From: Escherichia coli | Lineage (GTDB): Bacteria; Pseudomonadota; Gammaproteobacteria; Enterobacterales; Enterobacteriaceae | Reading direction: 5' to 3' (one strand) | Assembly (NCBI RefSeq): GCF_046105845.1 | Contig: NZ_CP151004.1 | DNA: 64,000 nt | Notes under the pieces: model-generated | The model's database searches: none | Told to the model about the DNA's origin: nothing | The model's input: the letters and a program-made list of their open reading frames with translations, nothing else | Program-made: the position numbers and the translations under genes | Shown: in pieces, positions 10,427-22,308 of the stretch | Layout: each line of letters opens with the position of its first letter | Position numbering within the stretch: position 1 is the stretch's first letter

Positions 10427-11287
10427 TTAAGATGCCTTTCTAATCAACCGATGCCCCTCATTCATCATCAGGATTTTGCTATACACATCTTCCTCGACGG
10501 CGTTTTTTGCTGATGCCATCACTCGTGCCAGATTCGCCTCGTTGTGATTATTCACATACGCTTTGCCGACGGCGGTGATAAACGCTTTGCGCAGATCGCT
10601 GGCGATATTTACTTTAGCGACGTGATAATTAACAAAGCTGCGCAATATCTCCGGGGCGATACCGGAGCCGCCGTGAATAACCAACGGCACCGGACAGACT
10701 TCGGCAATGCGCTTCAGCAAGGGGATATCGATCCGCGGTATATCGTCCAGACCATGAACGTTACCAATAGAAACTGCCAGCATGTCGCAACCGGTGCGCT
10801 CGACAAAGGTCTTCACCTTTTCCGGTTCCGTTTTGCAATCGGCTTCGCTGACGTGATCATCTTCTTTGCCGAGAATCGCCCCCAGCTCCGCTTCAACCGG
10901 TACGCCATAGGATTTACAGAAATCGACAGCTTCCTGGGTGAAAGCGATATTCTCTTCAAAAGAGAATGCGGCACCGTCAATCATGACCGAGGTAAAGCCC
11001 GCGCGCACCGCCTGTTTAACATCCTCCTGAGTTTTCCCGTGATCCAGATGAAGACTGACCGGAACATCCATTTTATCGGCGTGACGTTTCACGATTTCAT
11101 AAATGTAATCGTATCCCGAGAGTTGTGCATTGGTGGGCGCAATCTGAATGAAGTTGGGTAATCCTGAACGCTCAATGGCGTTTAAAATTGAAATCGTCGT
11201 CTCCAGATTGGTGGTATTAAACGCGCCCGCTAATACCCGTTTTTCCTGAATGCGGTCGAGCAGTATCCGTCCATTAACTAATGGCAT
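10427..11287 (-). CDS. Class II ketose-bisphosphate aldolase (FbaA/GatY/KbaY family)
   Basis: 286-aa ORF with LLDRIQEKRVLAGAFN, LHLDHG and VIHGGSG motifs typical of class II zinc aldolases; GAGG SD upstream. Confidence 0.8.
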   Translation of the reverse strand: MPLVNGRILLDRIQEKRVLAGAFNTTNLETTISILNAIERSGLPNFIQIAPTNAQLSGYDYIYEIVKRHADKMDVPVSLHLDHGKTQEDVKQAVRAGFTSVMIDGAAFSFEENIAFTQEAVDFCKSYGVPVEAELGAILGKEDDHVSEADCKTEPEKVKTFVERTGCDMLAVSIGNVHGLDDIPRIDIPLLKRIAEVCPVPLVIHGGSGIAPEILRSFVNYHVAKVNIASDLRKAFITAVGKAYVNNHNEANLARVMASAKNAVEEDVYSKILMMNEGHRLIRKAS

Positions 11288-11317
11288 TTGAAAACCTCAT
11301 CTTTTAATATCAGTTAA

Positions 11318-11587
11318 TTATTCAGCTTCACCGAAGCGGTCACGAAATAAGGCGGTGAGAGTTTGTATTGCCTCATTTTCATCATCGCCTTCGCAGCGTA
11401 TTTCCACCGTTTTACCGCCTTTTATTCCGGCGCGCATAATATTCATCATGCTGGTGGCATTAATATCATTACCCTCATAATGCAGCGTCACTTTACAGCT
11501 AAACTTTTTGGCGGCTTTTACCAGACAAGCCGCCGGACGTGCATGCAGGCCAGTACTGTTTCTGACCTCCACGGTTTTACTCAACAT
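11318..11587 (-). CDS. HPr-family phosphocarrier protein (operon-encoded HPr paralog)
   Basis: 89-aa ORF with GLHARPA (His15) and a Ser at position 46; GGAGG SD upstream; overlaps the 3' end of the kinase gene by 11 bp. Confidence 0.75.
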   Translation of the reverse strand: MLSKTVEVRNSTGLHARPAACLVKAAKKFSCKVTLHYEGNDINATSMMNIMRAGIKGGKTVEIRCEGDDENEAIQTLTALFRDRFGEAE

Positions 11588-13085
11588 AGTGCTCCTCCCG
11601 ATGGTGTAATGGCATCACGCCTTCTTGCTGTAATTTCAACTGATACCAGCTTTTCCATTTGTGCTGATAACGCTGTAATTGATGGTATCTCGCCCGATTC
11701 GGTAACAAACGTTGGGCTATGGTAACTTGCGGCGGTGGAATATCCGGTGCGGCAGTTAATAATGCTCCGACAGAAACCGCCTCGTTAAATGCAATTGCCT
11801 CAACCGGACGCTGTAAAATATCCGCCTTTAATTGCAGCCAAAGGGGATTATGGGTTGCCGGGCCGATTACTTTTAACGCGCTGGTGCCAGGCACATTAAA
11901 ACAGGCGAAGCAGTTGGCAAATTCCATGGTTAATCCCAGTGAGACGCTGGCAATTAACATGTCAATATTTAACGTATCGCTAAGCCCATAAAATAATCCA
12001 CGGGTATGGCGATTTTTATAGGGCGAACCCGAACCGCGAAGATGTGGAATAAAGAGGGGAATGTCATCGAGCGACCAGTTCCCCGCCAGGTAATCCGCAT
12101 GTCCGCGAGTAAGTGATGCGGCGATCTCCTCATCGGTTAGCCGGAACGTGTTACGCAGCCACTCCAGAGCGAAACCGCCCACGGGCAGCGACGCAAACAG
12201 GGTGAACTGGTTTGCAAGCGAATAACAGCCGTTTGCCAGCTTGTCACGTTTGGCCTGTTCATCCAGCGTCGGTTGTGTATCCAGTTGCAGAATGCCTTCT
12301 GTGGTCCCCGTCGAGTTAAGGATATCGCCCGGCATCATCTGCAACGCCCGTGCACCCACCATATGGTCATGTCCGGCCAGCGTCACGCTGACCGGTTGCG
12401 AGAACCCAAGCGTTTTGCAGAGCGACTCGCTGACCCATCCGGCGTGTTCGCCTGGCTGCACCAATGGCGCAAATGCTGAACAGGGAACGTGTAACAACGC
12501 CGCCGCTTTCGCTGACCATTCGCCTTTGCGCACGTCCAGACACAGCGTGCGGCTGGCTAAGGTGATATCCGTGCGCTGTTCGCCGGTCAGCCGCCAGAGC
12601 AGTACTTCCGGCGCATGTAGCCAACGCAGGCCGCGGCGATTACGCAGTGGGTAATGTTCCAGCAACCAACGCATTTTGAAGGCAGAGTAATTGCTGTGCA
12701 GCGGTAACCCGCAAATGTCATAAAGTGCCGCACTGTCTGCCTCGCTAAGTGTAGCCAGATACTCTTCACCGCGACGGTCATACCAGGCCAGCATTGGCGT
12801 CAGGATCTCGCCATGCTCGTCAAGGAACACGCCTGACTCGCCAAAACTGGCAATGCTTATCCGCCTGACTGGCAGCGGCGAAGCGGCGTTCAGTTGCGCT
12901 ATCGCCTGGCGGACCTCCTGCCAGAGGGCGTCGATATCGAAATCGACATCGCCCTGTGGGGAGATCTGTTTTGCCGTCACGAATTTATGCGCGCCCAACG
13001 TCGTTGCGTCCAGGCAGGAAAAGCAGGTGACTTTGCAATTGGTGGTGCCAATATCGATAACGATAGCTGCGCTGTTATCAGGCAT
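11577..13085 (-). CDS. FGGY-family carbohydrate kinase
   Basis: 502-aa ORF with N-terminal AIVIDIGTTNCKV (FGGY phosphate-1 motif) and two-domain actin-like fold size; overlaps the EIIC stop by 8 bp. Confidence 0.8.
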   Translation of the reverse strand: MPDNSAAIVIDIGTTNCKVTCFSCLDATTLGAHKFVTAKQISPQGDVDFDIDALWQEVRQAIAQLNAASPLPVRRISIASFGESGVFLDEHGEILTPMLAWYDRRGEEYLATLSEADSAALYDICGLPLHSNYSAFKMRWLLEHYPLRNRRGLRWLHAPEVLLWRLTGEQRTDITLASRTLCLDVRKGEWSAKAAALLHVPCSAFAPLVQPGEHAGWVSESLCKTLGFSQPVSVTLAGHDHMVGARALQMMPGDILNSTGTTEGILQLDTQPTLDEQAKRDKLANGCYSLANQFTLFASLPVGGFALEWLRNTFRLTDEEIAASLTRGHADYLAGNWSLDDIPLFIPHLRGSGSPYKNRHTRGLFYGLSDTLNIDMLIASVSLGLTMEFANCFACFNVPGTSALKVIGPATHNPLWLQLKADILQRPVEAIAFNEAVSVGALLTAAPDIPPPQVTIAQRLLPNRARYHQLQRYQHKWKSWYQLKLQQEGVMPLHHREEHYVE

Positions 13086-14436
13086 AAACCGTGCTCCGCG
13101 TCATTCGGAAAATACCATACAGTACCAGGGCGATAACCGGCACCAGACCAATGGCGATGAGATTGCCGTTGAAGATTTCCAGCAGCCAGAAGCGGAACGG
13201 GTTACCGCCATCAAGGAAACTGGAGACCTGGCCGCTGGAGCCTTCGGCAAATTTGAAATTAACGTCTTTCGCCATTCCGGTAATAAACGGCGCGATTTTA
13301 GTCGCAATCCACAGATCGGCAATAATCACCGGGATCGCCGCCAGAACGGTGCGGAAAATGTTGCCACGGCTGGCTAAAGCAATCATCGACGCCATTACCG
13401 CCAGGTTGGCAAGGTCGCCAAGCGGCAGGACTTCATTACCCGGAAGGACAAACGCGATAAAGACCGAGATTGGCGTCAGCAGCAGGGCGGTGGAGATAAT
13501 CGCCGGGTTACCTACGGCAACGGCGATATCCAGGCCGATATAGAGATCGTCACGGTCAGGGTATTTGGCATTGAGATACTTTTTAATGGCTTCAGACAGC
13601 GGTAATAAACCTTCCATCAGGATGCGTACCATGCGTGGCAGGATGAACATCACACCGCCAATGCTGATGCCAAGCAGCAAGACTTTTTTGAAATCGTATC
13701 CGGCAATTACGCCGAGCAGAATGCCCAGAATAGTACCAACCATCATCGGTTCGCCGAATATGCCAAACTTTTTCTGTACGGTTTCCGGATCGATATGAAT
13801 ACGATTGAGGCCGGGGATATGGTCGATGATTTTGTCGACCAGCAGACCGACCGGAAAGAACACCACCGAAGAGAGCGTCGGCAATGAGATCCCTTCCAGG
13901 CCAAAGTATTTTTGTACCAGTGGCGCAGACCAGTCGGCGAGTTTAAGTACTACCACCGCAGCAATCGCCGCCGCCAGTAAACCAAAAAACAGGCTGCCGG
14001 TGCTGTAATAAACCAGCGTACCAGCAAGGGCAAAATGCCAGTAGTTCCACATATCTACATCAACGGTGCGGGTTTTATTTAACGCCAGCATCGCCACGTT
14101 AATCAGAATAGTCAGGGGAATAACAAACGGGGCAATTGGCGAACCCCATGTAATAGCGGAAAGCGGCGGCCAGCCTAAATCCACCACCGGTAAATTAATT
14201 CCGGTGCGTTCAACCATCGCCTGGGCCGCTGGCCCGACATTGCTGGTAAGAATATCGAAAATGGCATAAATACCGACAAAACCAATGCCGACCGTTAATG
14301 ACGAACGTAAGGCTTTAGCGGGTTTTACTTTAAAACAGAGAGCAAGAATAAATAACACCAACGGCAACATTACCGTGGGACCAAATCCCAATATATATTG
14401 CACTATATTATAGAGGGTATGCGCGATATCGTTCAT
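13078..14436 (-). CDS. PTS galactitol-family EIIC permease
   Basis: Track ORF 13078..14466 (GTG); start refined to ATG 14436 with AAGAGG SD; multi-TM protein colinear with GatC (LGPTVMLP, GIGFVGI, GEP motifs). Confidence 0.85.
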   Translation of the reverse strand: MNDIAHTLYNIVQYILGFGPTVMLPLVLFILALCFKVKPAKALRSSLTVGIGFVGIYAIFDILTSNVGPAAQAMVERTGINLPVVDLGWPPLSAITWGSPIAPFVIPLTILINVAMLALNKTRTVDVDMWNYWHFALAGTLVYYSTGSLFFGLLAAAIAAVVVLKLADWSAPLVQKYFGLEGISLPTLSSVVFFPVGLLVDKIIDHIPGLNRIHIDPETVQKKFGIFGEPMMVGTILGILLGVIAGYDFKKVLLLGISIGGVMFILPRMVRILMEGLLPLSEAIKKYLNAKYPDRDDLYIGLDIAVAVGNPAIISTALLLTPISVFIAFVLPGNEVLPLGDLANLAVMASMIALASRGNIFRTVLAAIPVIIADLWIATKIAPFITGMAKDVNFKFAEGSSGQVSSFLDGGNPFRFWLLEIFNGNLIAIGLVPVIALVLYGIFRMTRSTVYA

Positions 14437-14450
14437 AATAAACCTCTTTT

Positions 14451-14483
14451 TCAGGCGAGAGCGCACCTCGCGTTAGCGCCTGA
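14451..14483 (-). other. Intra-operon stem-loop between PTS EIIB and EIIC genes
   Basis: TCAGGCG...CGCCTGA 7-bp stem enclosing a GC-rich sub-hairpin, in the 76-bp EIIB-EIIC spacer. Confidence 0.35.
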
Positions 14484-14512
14484 TGGAGTGGGTTGAAATT
14501 AATTATTATTAA

Positions 14513-14794
14513 TTACTTTTTAAGGATCGAAACAATTTGCGCCAGTACTTTCTCTTCGCCAATACCGGTAATAATCGGCAAGCCGTTAACCACCGGGACG
14601 TCGAGTTCATAAGGCACTTTAGTCGTTGAGACTACCAGTGCTACGCCATCAGTATTTCCAGGTAAAGAGGCAACGTTGGTTTGGGAATAATTGACGTTAA
14701 GACCGTGCTCTTTACAATATTCCATGACTTTTTCTGTTACCGCCGTGGATGTGGCAATACCCGTGGCGCAGACAAATAAAATGGTTTGACTCAT
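14513..14794 (-). CDS. PTS galactitol-family EIIB component
   Basis: 93-aa ORF with ILFVCATGIATS (phosphoryl-Cys loop) resembling GatB. Confidence 0.8.
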   Translation of the reverse strand: MSQTILFVCATGIATSTAVTEKVMEYCKEHGLNVNYSQTNVASLPGNTDGVALVVSTTKVPYELDVPVVNGLPIITGIGEEKVLAQIVSILKK

Positions 14795-15264
14795 ATTTCA
14801 CCTCGTTCTTTCATTTTGTTTAAGATTACTGTGTGTATTTCTGTTGTTTCCATCGTAAGCAGGGCGCGCATAAAGGGCGTATCCTGAATCATCTCCATAA
14901 TCCAGCCCAGGGCATTTAATTGTTTATTACTTTCGCTTAAGGCGAGCAAAAAAATCACCCTGACAGGTACGGGGTCAGGATCGCCGCCCATATCGGCAAA
15001 CTCTACCGGTTCCGGCAGGATGCCGACGGCAATTGCATTGTGCCTGACATGTTTATGGTCCGTGTGCGGAATGGCGACACACGGTGGTTCGGTAGGCAGC
15101 CCCGTTGGGTACGTCGCCTCACGTTTCAGTACGTGATCGGCAAAATCAGGGACCACCAGCTCGGCGGCAACCAACGGTTGCGCTAACTGACGGATGATCT
15201 GTTCAACGCTTAACCCTGCCGGAAGTCGTTGAATATAATTTTCCTGAAACTGTATGCCTTGCAT
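14791..15264 (-). CDS. PTS EIIA component (mannitol/fructose/galactitol type fold)
   Basis: 157-aa ORF with CVAIPHTDHKH active-site His region resembling GatA; 4-bp overlap with the EIIB start. Confidence 0.8.
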   Translation of the reverse strand: MQGIQFQENYIQRLPAGLSVEQIIRQLAQPLVAAELVVPDFADHVLKREATYPTGLPTEPPCVAIPHTDHKHVRHNAIAVGILPEPVEFADMGGDPDPVPVRVIFLLALSESNKQLNALGWIMEMIQDTPFMRALLTMETTEIHTVILNKMKERGEI

Positions 15265-15288
15265 TTTATTCCTCTTAAAAAAGTGTAC

Positions 15289-16035
15289 TTAACTCACTTC
15301 CCGCCGTTGCAGCACGGTGCCCAGATAATATTTATTTCCTTTTAACCAGACGTTGCCAAACTCAACGGGTAACTCTCGGGAGAAAAAGACTAACTGCTCC
15401 AGATGCAAAACGGGTGCATCTTCACTGATATCTAAAAAATGACCGCGTTCATTACCAATTAATCGCGCGGCATAGCGACTTTCAGAGTAACGAATTTTTC
15501 TTTGCGACAAACTTTCTATTGTTGGAAATAAATTGTGTTGATTAAAATCGATTTCCACGATGCCGGGACATAGCTCAATATTGATACGGTTCTCTATCAG
15601 CATCGCTTTTTCATCACCAATTGAACGTAACCGCTCAAGGTAAAGAATATCCTGACCGGGCGTTATTCTTAATTTCTCTGCCACATAACGATTAGCCGGT
15701 TCAATCCGTGACGTAATAACTTCAGTGGTAAAGTGTATTTTCTGGCTTTCCAGCGATTCCGCGAATGACAATAATCCTTCACCTAACGGATATGCCACGT
15801 TCTCTTTTTTGACAAATGTTCCCTTCCCCTGGACCTGAATCAACACGCCTTCTTTTACCAGTTGGGCGACCGCTTTTTTAACGGTTCCCCGACTCACTTC
15901 CAGCATATCCATAATCTGGTATTCCGAAGGAATGCGATCGTCTTCCACCAGATCCCCGGTATAAATACTTTCTCTTATCCACTCCACCACTTGTTGATAG
16001 AGCGGTATTTGTGACGACTTACTTAATGATTTCAT
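15289..16035 (-). CDS. GntR/HutC-family transcriptional regulator (HTH + UTRA effector domain)
   Basis: Track ORF 15289..16044 (GTG); start refined to ATG 16035 (AGGTG upstream); N-terminal wHTH (IPSEYQIMDMLEVSRGTVKKAVAQLVKEGVL) and C-terminal UTRA-like domain. Confidence 0.8.
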   Translation of the reverse strand: MKSLSKSSQIPLYQQVVEWIRESIYTGDLVEDDRIPSEYQIMDMLEVSRGTVKKAVAQLVKEGVLIQVQGKGTFVKKENVAYPLGEGLLSFAESLESQKIHFTTEVITSRIEPANRYVAEKLRITPGQDILYLERLRSIGDEKAMLIENRINIELCPGIVEIDFNQHNLFPTIESLSQRKIRYSESRYAARLIGNERGHFLDISEDAPVLHLEQLVFFSRELPVEFGNVWLKGNKYYLGTVLQRREVS

Positions 16036-16058
16036 GGCGCGCACCTGAACATTTACAG

Positions 16059-16072
16059 TTGTCTATGGACAA
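16059..16072. promoter_or_regulatory. Palindrome TTGTC-TATG-GACAA upstream of the island GntR/HutC regulator gene; candidate operator
   Basis: Perfect 5-bp inverted arms 24 bp upstream of the regulator ATG, followed by a third TGGACAA half-site at 16076-16082. Confidence 0.4.
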
Positions 16073-16233
16073 TCATGGACAACTTCAAGCGTATAGTAGG
16101 TGAACGGGAGAAAAAGAGGATCGAAGCGTCTCACATTTTGAGGGACCAAATCGTGATCAAAAAAATGTGACGTGAGTCGATATTTGTCAGAAGTTTACTG
16201 CGCCGTAAGGAAATAACGGCGCGTTGGTAGGTG

Positions 16234-19037
<2,804 letters not shown>

Positions 19038-19041
<4 letters not shown>

Positions 19042-19982
19042 GCGTGCGCTCCTTCATGACGACGAATGCGCGGGTCCAGCGCGGCGTTGAGTAAATCAAC
19101 AATCAAATTACAGACGACAAAAACCACCACCATCATCAGCGTAAAGCACTGGATCACCGGATAGTCACGGTTAAAAATCGCCGACACCGCATAGCGCCCG
19201 ACGCCCGGCCAGGCAAAGATGTTTTCGATAATCATCGTCCCGCCAATCAGTTCGCCAATGTGCATCCCCACGGCGGTGATCATCGGCAGCGAGGCATTGC
19301 GCAGAATATGGCGACGTTCGGTCTGTTTGTCGTTCAGGCCGCGTAGCCGCGCCCAGGTGACGTGACGCTGACCGGCGACGTCCAGCATACTGGCGCGCAG
19401 CAGCCGCGCGTTAATCGCCAGCGACATAAAGGCAATGGAAACCGCAGGCAAAATGATGTGCTGCCAGCCGCCGTAGCCCATCGCGGGTAGCCATTGCAGA
19501 TACACCGAAAACGCCATCACCAGTAAAAACGCCAGCCAGAAGTTAGGCATCGACACGCCAAGAAACGCGATGAAACGTACGGCGAAATCCGGCAGACGAT
19601 CGCGATGGCGCGCCGCCCAGATACCGAGCGGTACGGAAGTGAGCAGAATTAACACCAGCGCGGCACCTGCAAGTTCCAGCGTGGCGGGCAGGAAGTTCAG
19701 CATATCGTCCAGCACCGGGCGTTGGCTGGCGAATGAGATACCAAAGTCAAGATGCAGCGCCTTCCACAACCAGGTGCCGTACTGGACGTACAGCGGCTGA
19801 TCCAGCCCGAGCATGGTGCGGGTAGAAGCCAGCATCTCCGGCGTCGGCGGCAGGTTAGATAAACGCAGATAATCGAGCGCCGGGTCGCCGGTGCCGAGGC
19901 GCAGCATCAGAAAAATGATCACCGAGGCGGCGAGCACCATCGGGATCAGCAGCAGAAAGCGGCGTAATACGTAACGCAACAT
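19038..19982 (-). CDS. nikB: Nickel ABC transporter permease NikB
   Basis: 314-aa Opp/Dpp-type permease starting [14 protein letters not shown]. Confidence 0.93.
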
Positions 19983-21556
19983 TAAGGTTTCACCGGTTTA
20001 ATCTGTTCGAACGGAATTTCGGTGGCGATCGGCGCGTAGGGGATATTACCCAGCTCCGGTTTTGATACCACCATCATCGAGATGTAGCTGATAGGCAGAT
20101 AAACCGCCTCGTCATGCAGACGGGTCAGAATGTCGCGATACAGCGCCTGACGTTGCGTTTCGTCATGGGTTGCCAGCACTTCGCCGATCTCTTTATCAAT
20201 CAGCGGCTTGTCGGCTAATCCTTGCTGTGCCTGGAAATCAGCGTGCGACGGTACGCGCATTGAACTCAGGAAGGCGTGTGGATCGTATGGCGCGCCCCAG
20301 GTGCGATGGAAAATCATGCCAAAACGACCGTCGCGCTGACGAGCATAGATACTGCTCTCTTCTTCGCCAACCAGTGAGACATCTGCGCCAATCTGGCGCA
20401 TATCAGCCTGAATGATTTCCGCCATCGATTTGCTTAACGCATCGGTGCCGATGAACGACAGTTCAATGCGCAGCGGCTGACCATTTTTCTCGCGGATGTC
20501 TTTGCCCGCAGGAAGCGTCCAACCGGCTTTTTCCAGCAACGCTTTCGCTTTCTGCGGATCGTACTGGCGCGGTTTCAGGCCGAGGTTGGCGTAGGGCACA
20601 GAAGGGGCAAACAGGGTGTCGGCGACCTGCTGGGTGCCATACAACGCGTTATCAATCAGCGATTTTTTGTTTACCGCGTAATTAAGAGCTTCACGTACTG
20701 CCAGCTCGTTGGTAGGGGCTTTGGCGGTGTTGAGTGCCAGCATCACGGTTTCGATCGGCTGTGACAGTTGGGTGTGGTAAGCCGGGTTCTGGCTAAAGCG
20801 GGCGAAGGTATCGAGCGGTAATAACCCTTCGTTTCCGTACAGCAGGTCGATATCGCCAGTTTCAAACGCTACCGCGCGGGTAGTCGGGTCCGGGATCACG
20901 TTAAAAGTGATCTTCTTAATCGCCGGCTTCTCGCCCCAGTAGTTTTCGTTACGGACGAAGACATCGTACTGATTCAGTTTCGATTCCTGTAAAACCCACG
21001 GCCCGGTGCCAATTGGCGCTTTAATCCCGTTCATGGTTTCATGGTTTTTAAACTGCGAGGGGGCGATAAAGCGGAAAGGGCGCGGCAGGGCCAGTTCTTG
21101 CAGGAAAGGATAGTAGGCGCTTTTCAGGGTGATTTGCAGCTCTGTTTTACTGAGTGCTTTGACATCAACAATCTGGTTTGCCAGCTCCAGCCAGGCGTGA
21201 CGTTGACGGTTATCGAGTACTGCGCGGAAGTTTTCTGCCGCCGCCTCGGCATCGAACGGTTCACCGTTGGAGAATTTCACGTCATCACGCAGGGTGAAGG
21301 TCCAGGTTTTACCATCTTCTGAATGAGTCCAGCTTTTTGCCAGCCACGGGATCACCGAACCGTCTGCCTGATATTTCACCAATGGTTCATAAACCATGCT
21401 CTGGGCGAACATCTGGTTAGGTGTGTAAAGGTGCGGGTTTAGTGGCCCGACATTCACCGGCCAGGCGGTGGTGATTTCATCTGGTGCAGCGGCATGGACG
21501 ATAAAAGACGCACAAGCCAGCAGCACAAATAGAGTGCGGCGGAGTGTGGAGAGCAT
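19982..21556 (-). CDS. nikA: Periplasmic nickel-binding protein NikA
   Basis: 524-aa family-5 solute-binding protein with signal peptide; preceded by a NikR operator. Confidence 0.95.
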
Positions 21557-21593
21557 GGTAACCCCAATGGATTAAAATAGATGGCGGAAATAA

Positions 21594-21621
21594 GTATGAC
21601 GATTTTAAGTATTCGTCATAC
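21594..21621. promoter_or_regulatory. NikR operator (GTATGA-N16-TCATAC) in the nikA promoter
   Basis: Exact GTATGA-16 nt-TCATAC dyad 38 bp upstream of the nikA start codon. Confidence 0.85.
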
Positions 21622-21666
21622 TGATAACCTGTTCTGGATCAAAAGATGGGCAGTCGGGTGGGCGGA

Positions 21667-22254
21667 TCAGTTAACTGAATCGATCCATTGCACACTGTCG
21701 GCGGAGAGCGTAAAGGGGGTGGGAGTGCAGATCGCCAGGCTTAAATTATCAAGCTGGCAATGGCTGACCGACAGTGATGAGTGATAGGTGCTGTCTACGC
21801 TGACGATTTGCCATGCGCTGCCGCCACGCTGTTTAACGATGGCTTCTTTGCGCGTCCAGATGCGCCAGAACATTTCCAGTTGCTGATCAGGATGCACGGC
21901 GTCCATCTCGGCATGTTCCCCAAGGCTGAATACGGCGTTCGCCAGCCAGCGCCAGTTGGCGCGCGGGCGAATCACTTCGATATCGCAGCCGACTTCGCCT
22001 TCATCGCTCAACAGCAGGGCGATATCGTCACCGCTATGGCTTAAGTTGAACCATAGCGGCGTTTCCGGCGCGAATGCCGGTTTGCCTTGTTCGCCATAGA
22101 TGATCTCCGGTAGCGGGGAAAGCGTGTGCGAAAGCAATGCACGCCCCGCCAGCCAGCGTTCGCGTCGTGGACCTTGCGGTGCTTGCTCGCGTAAACCCGG
22201 TGGCAGAGGAGCTGCGCTTAAGGTCGAAACTTTCCCCAGAACTATCCGATACAT
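21667..22254 (-). CDS. acpT: 4'-phosphopantetheinyl transferase AcpT
   Basis: 195-aa ORF, PPTase family; position between nikA and yhhT. Confidence 0.9.
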   Translation of the reverse strand: MYRIVLGKVSTLSAAPLPPGLREQAPQGPRRERWLAGRALLSHTLSPLPEIIYGEQGKPAFAPETPLWFNLSHSGDDIALLLSDEGEVGCDIEVIRPRANWRWLANAVFSLGEHAEMDAVHPDQQLEMFWRIWTRKEAIVKQRGGSAWQIVSVDSTYHSSLSVSHCQLDNLSLAICTPTPFTLSADSVQWIDSVN

Positions 22255-22308
22255 ATCAGGGCCAACGTTTAATGGAAAATGAAAGTGCGTATCGTATCAC
22301 TTGTCGCC

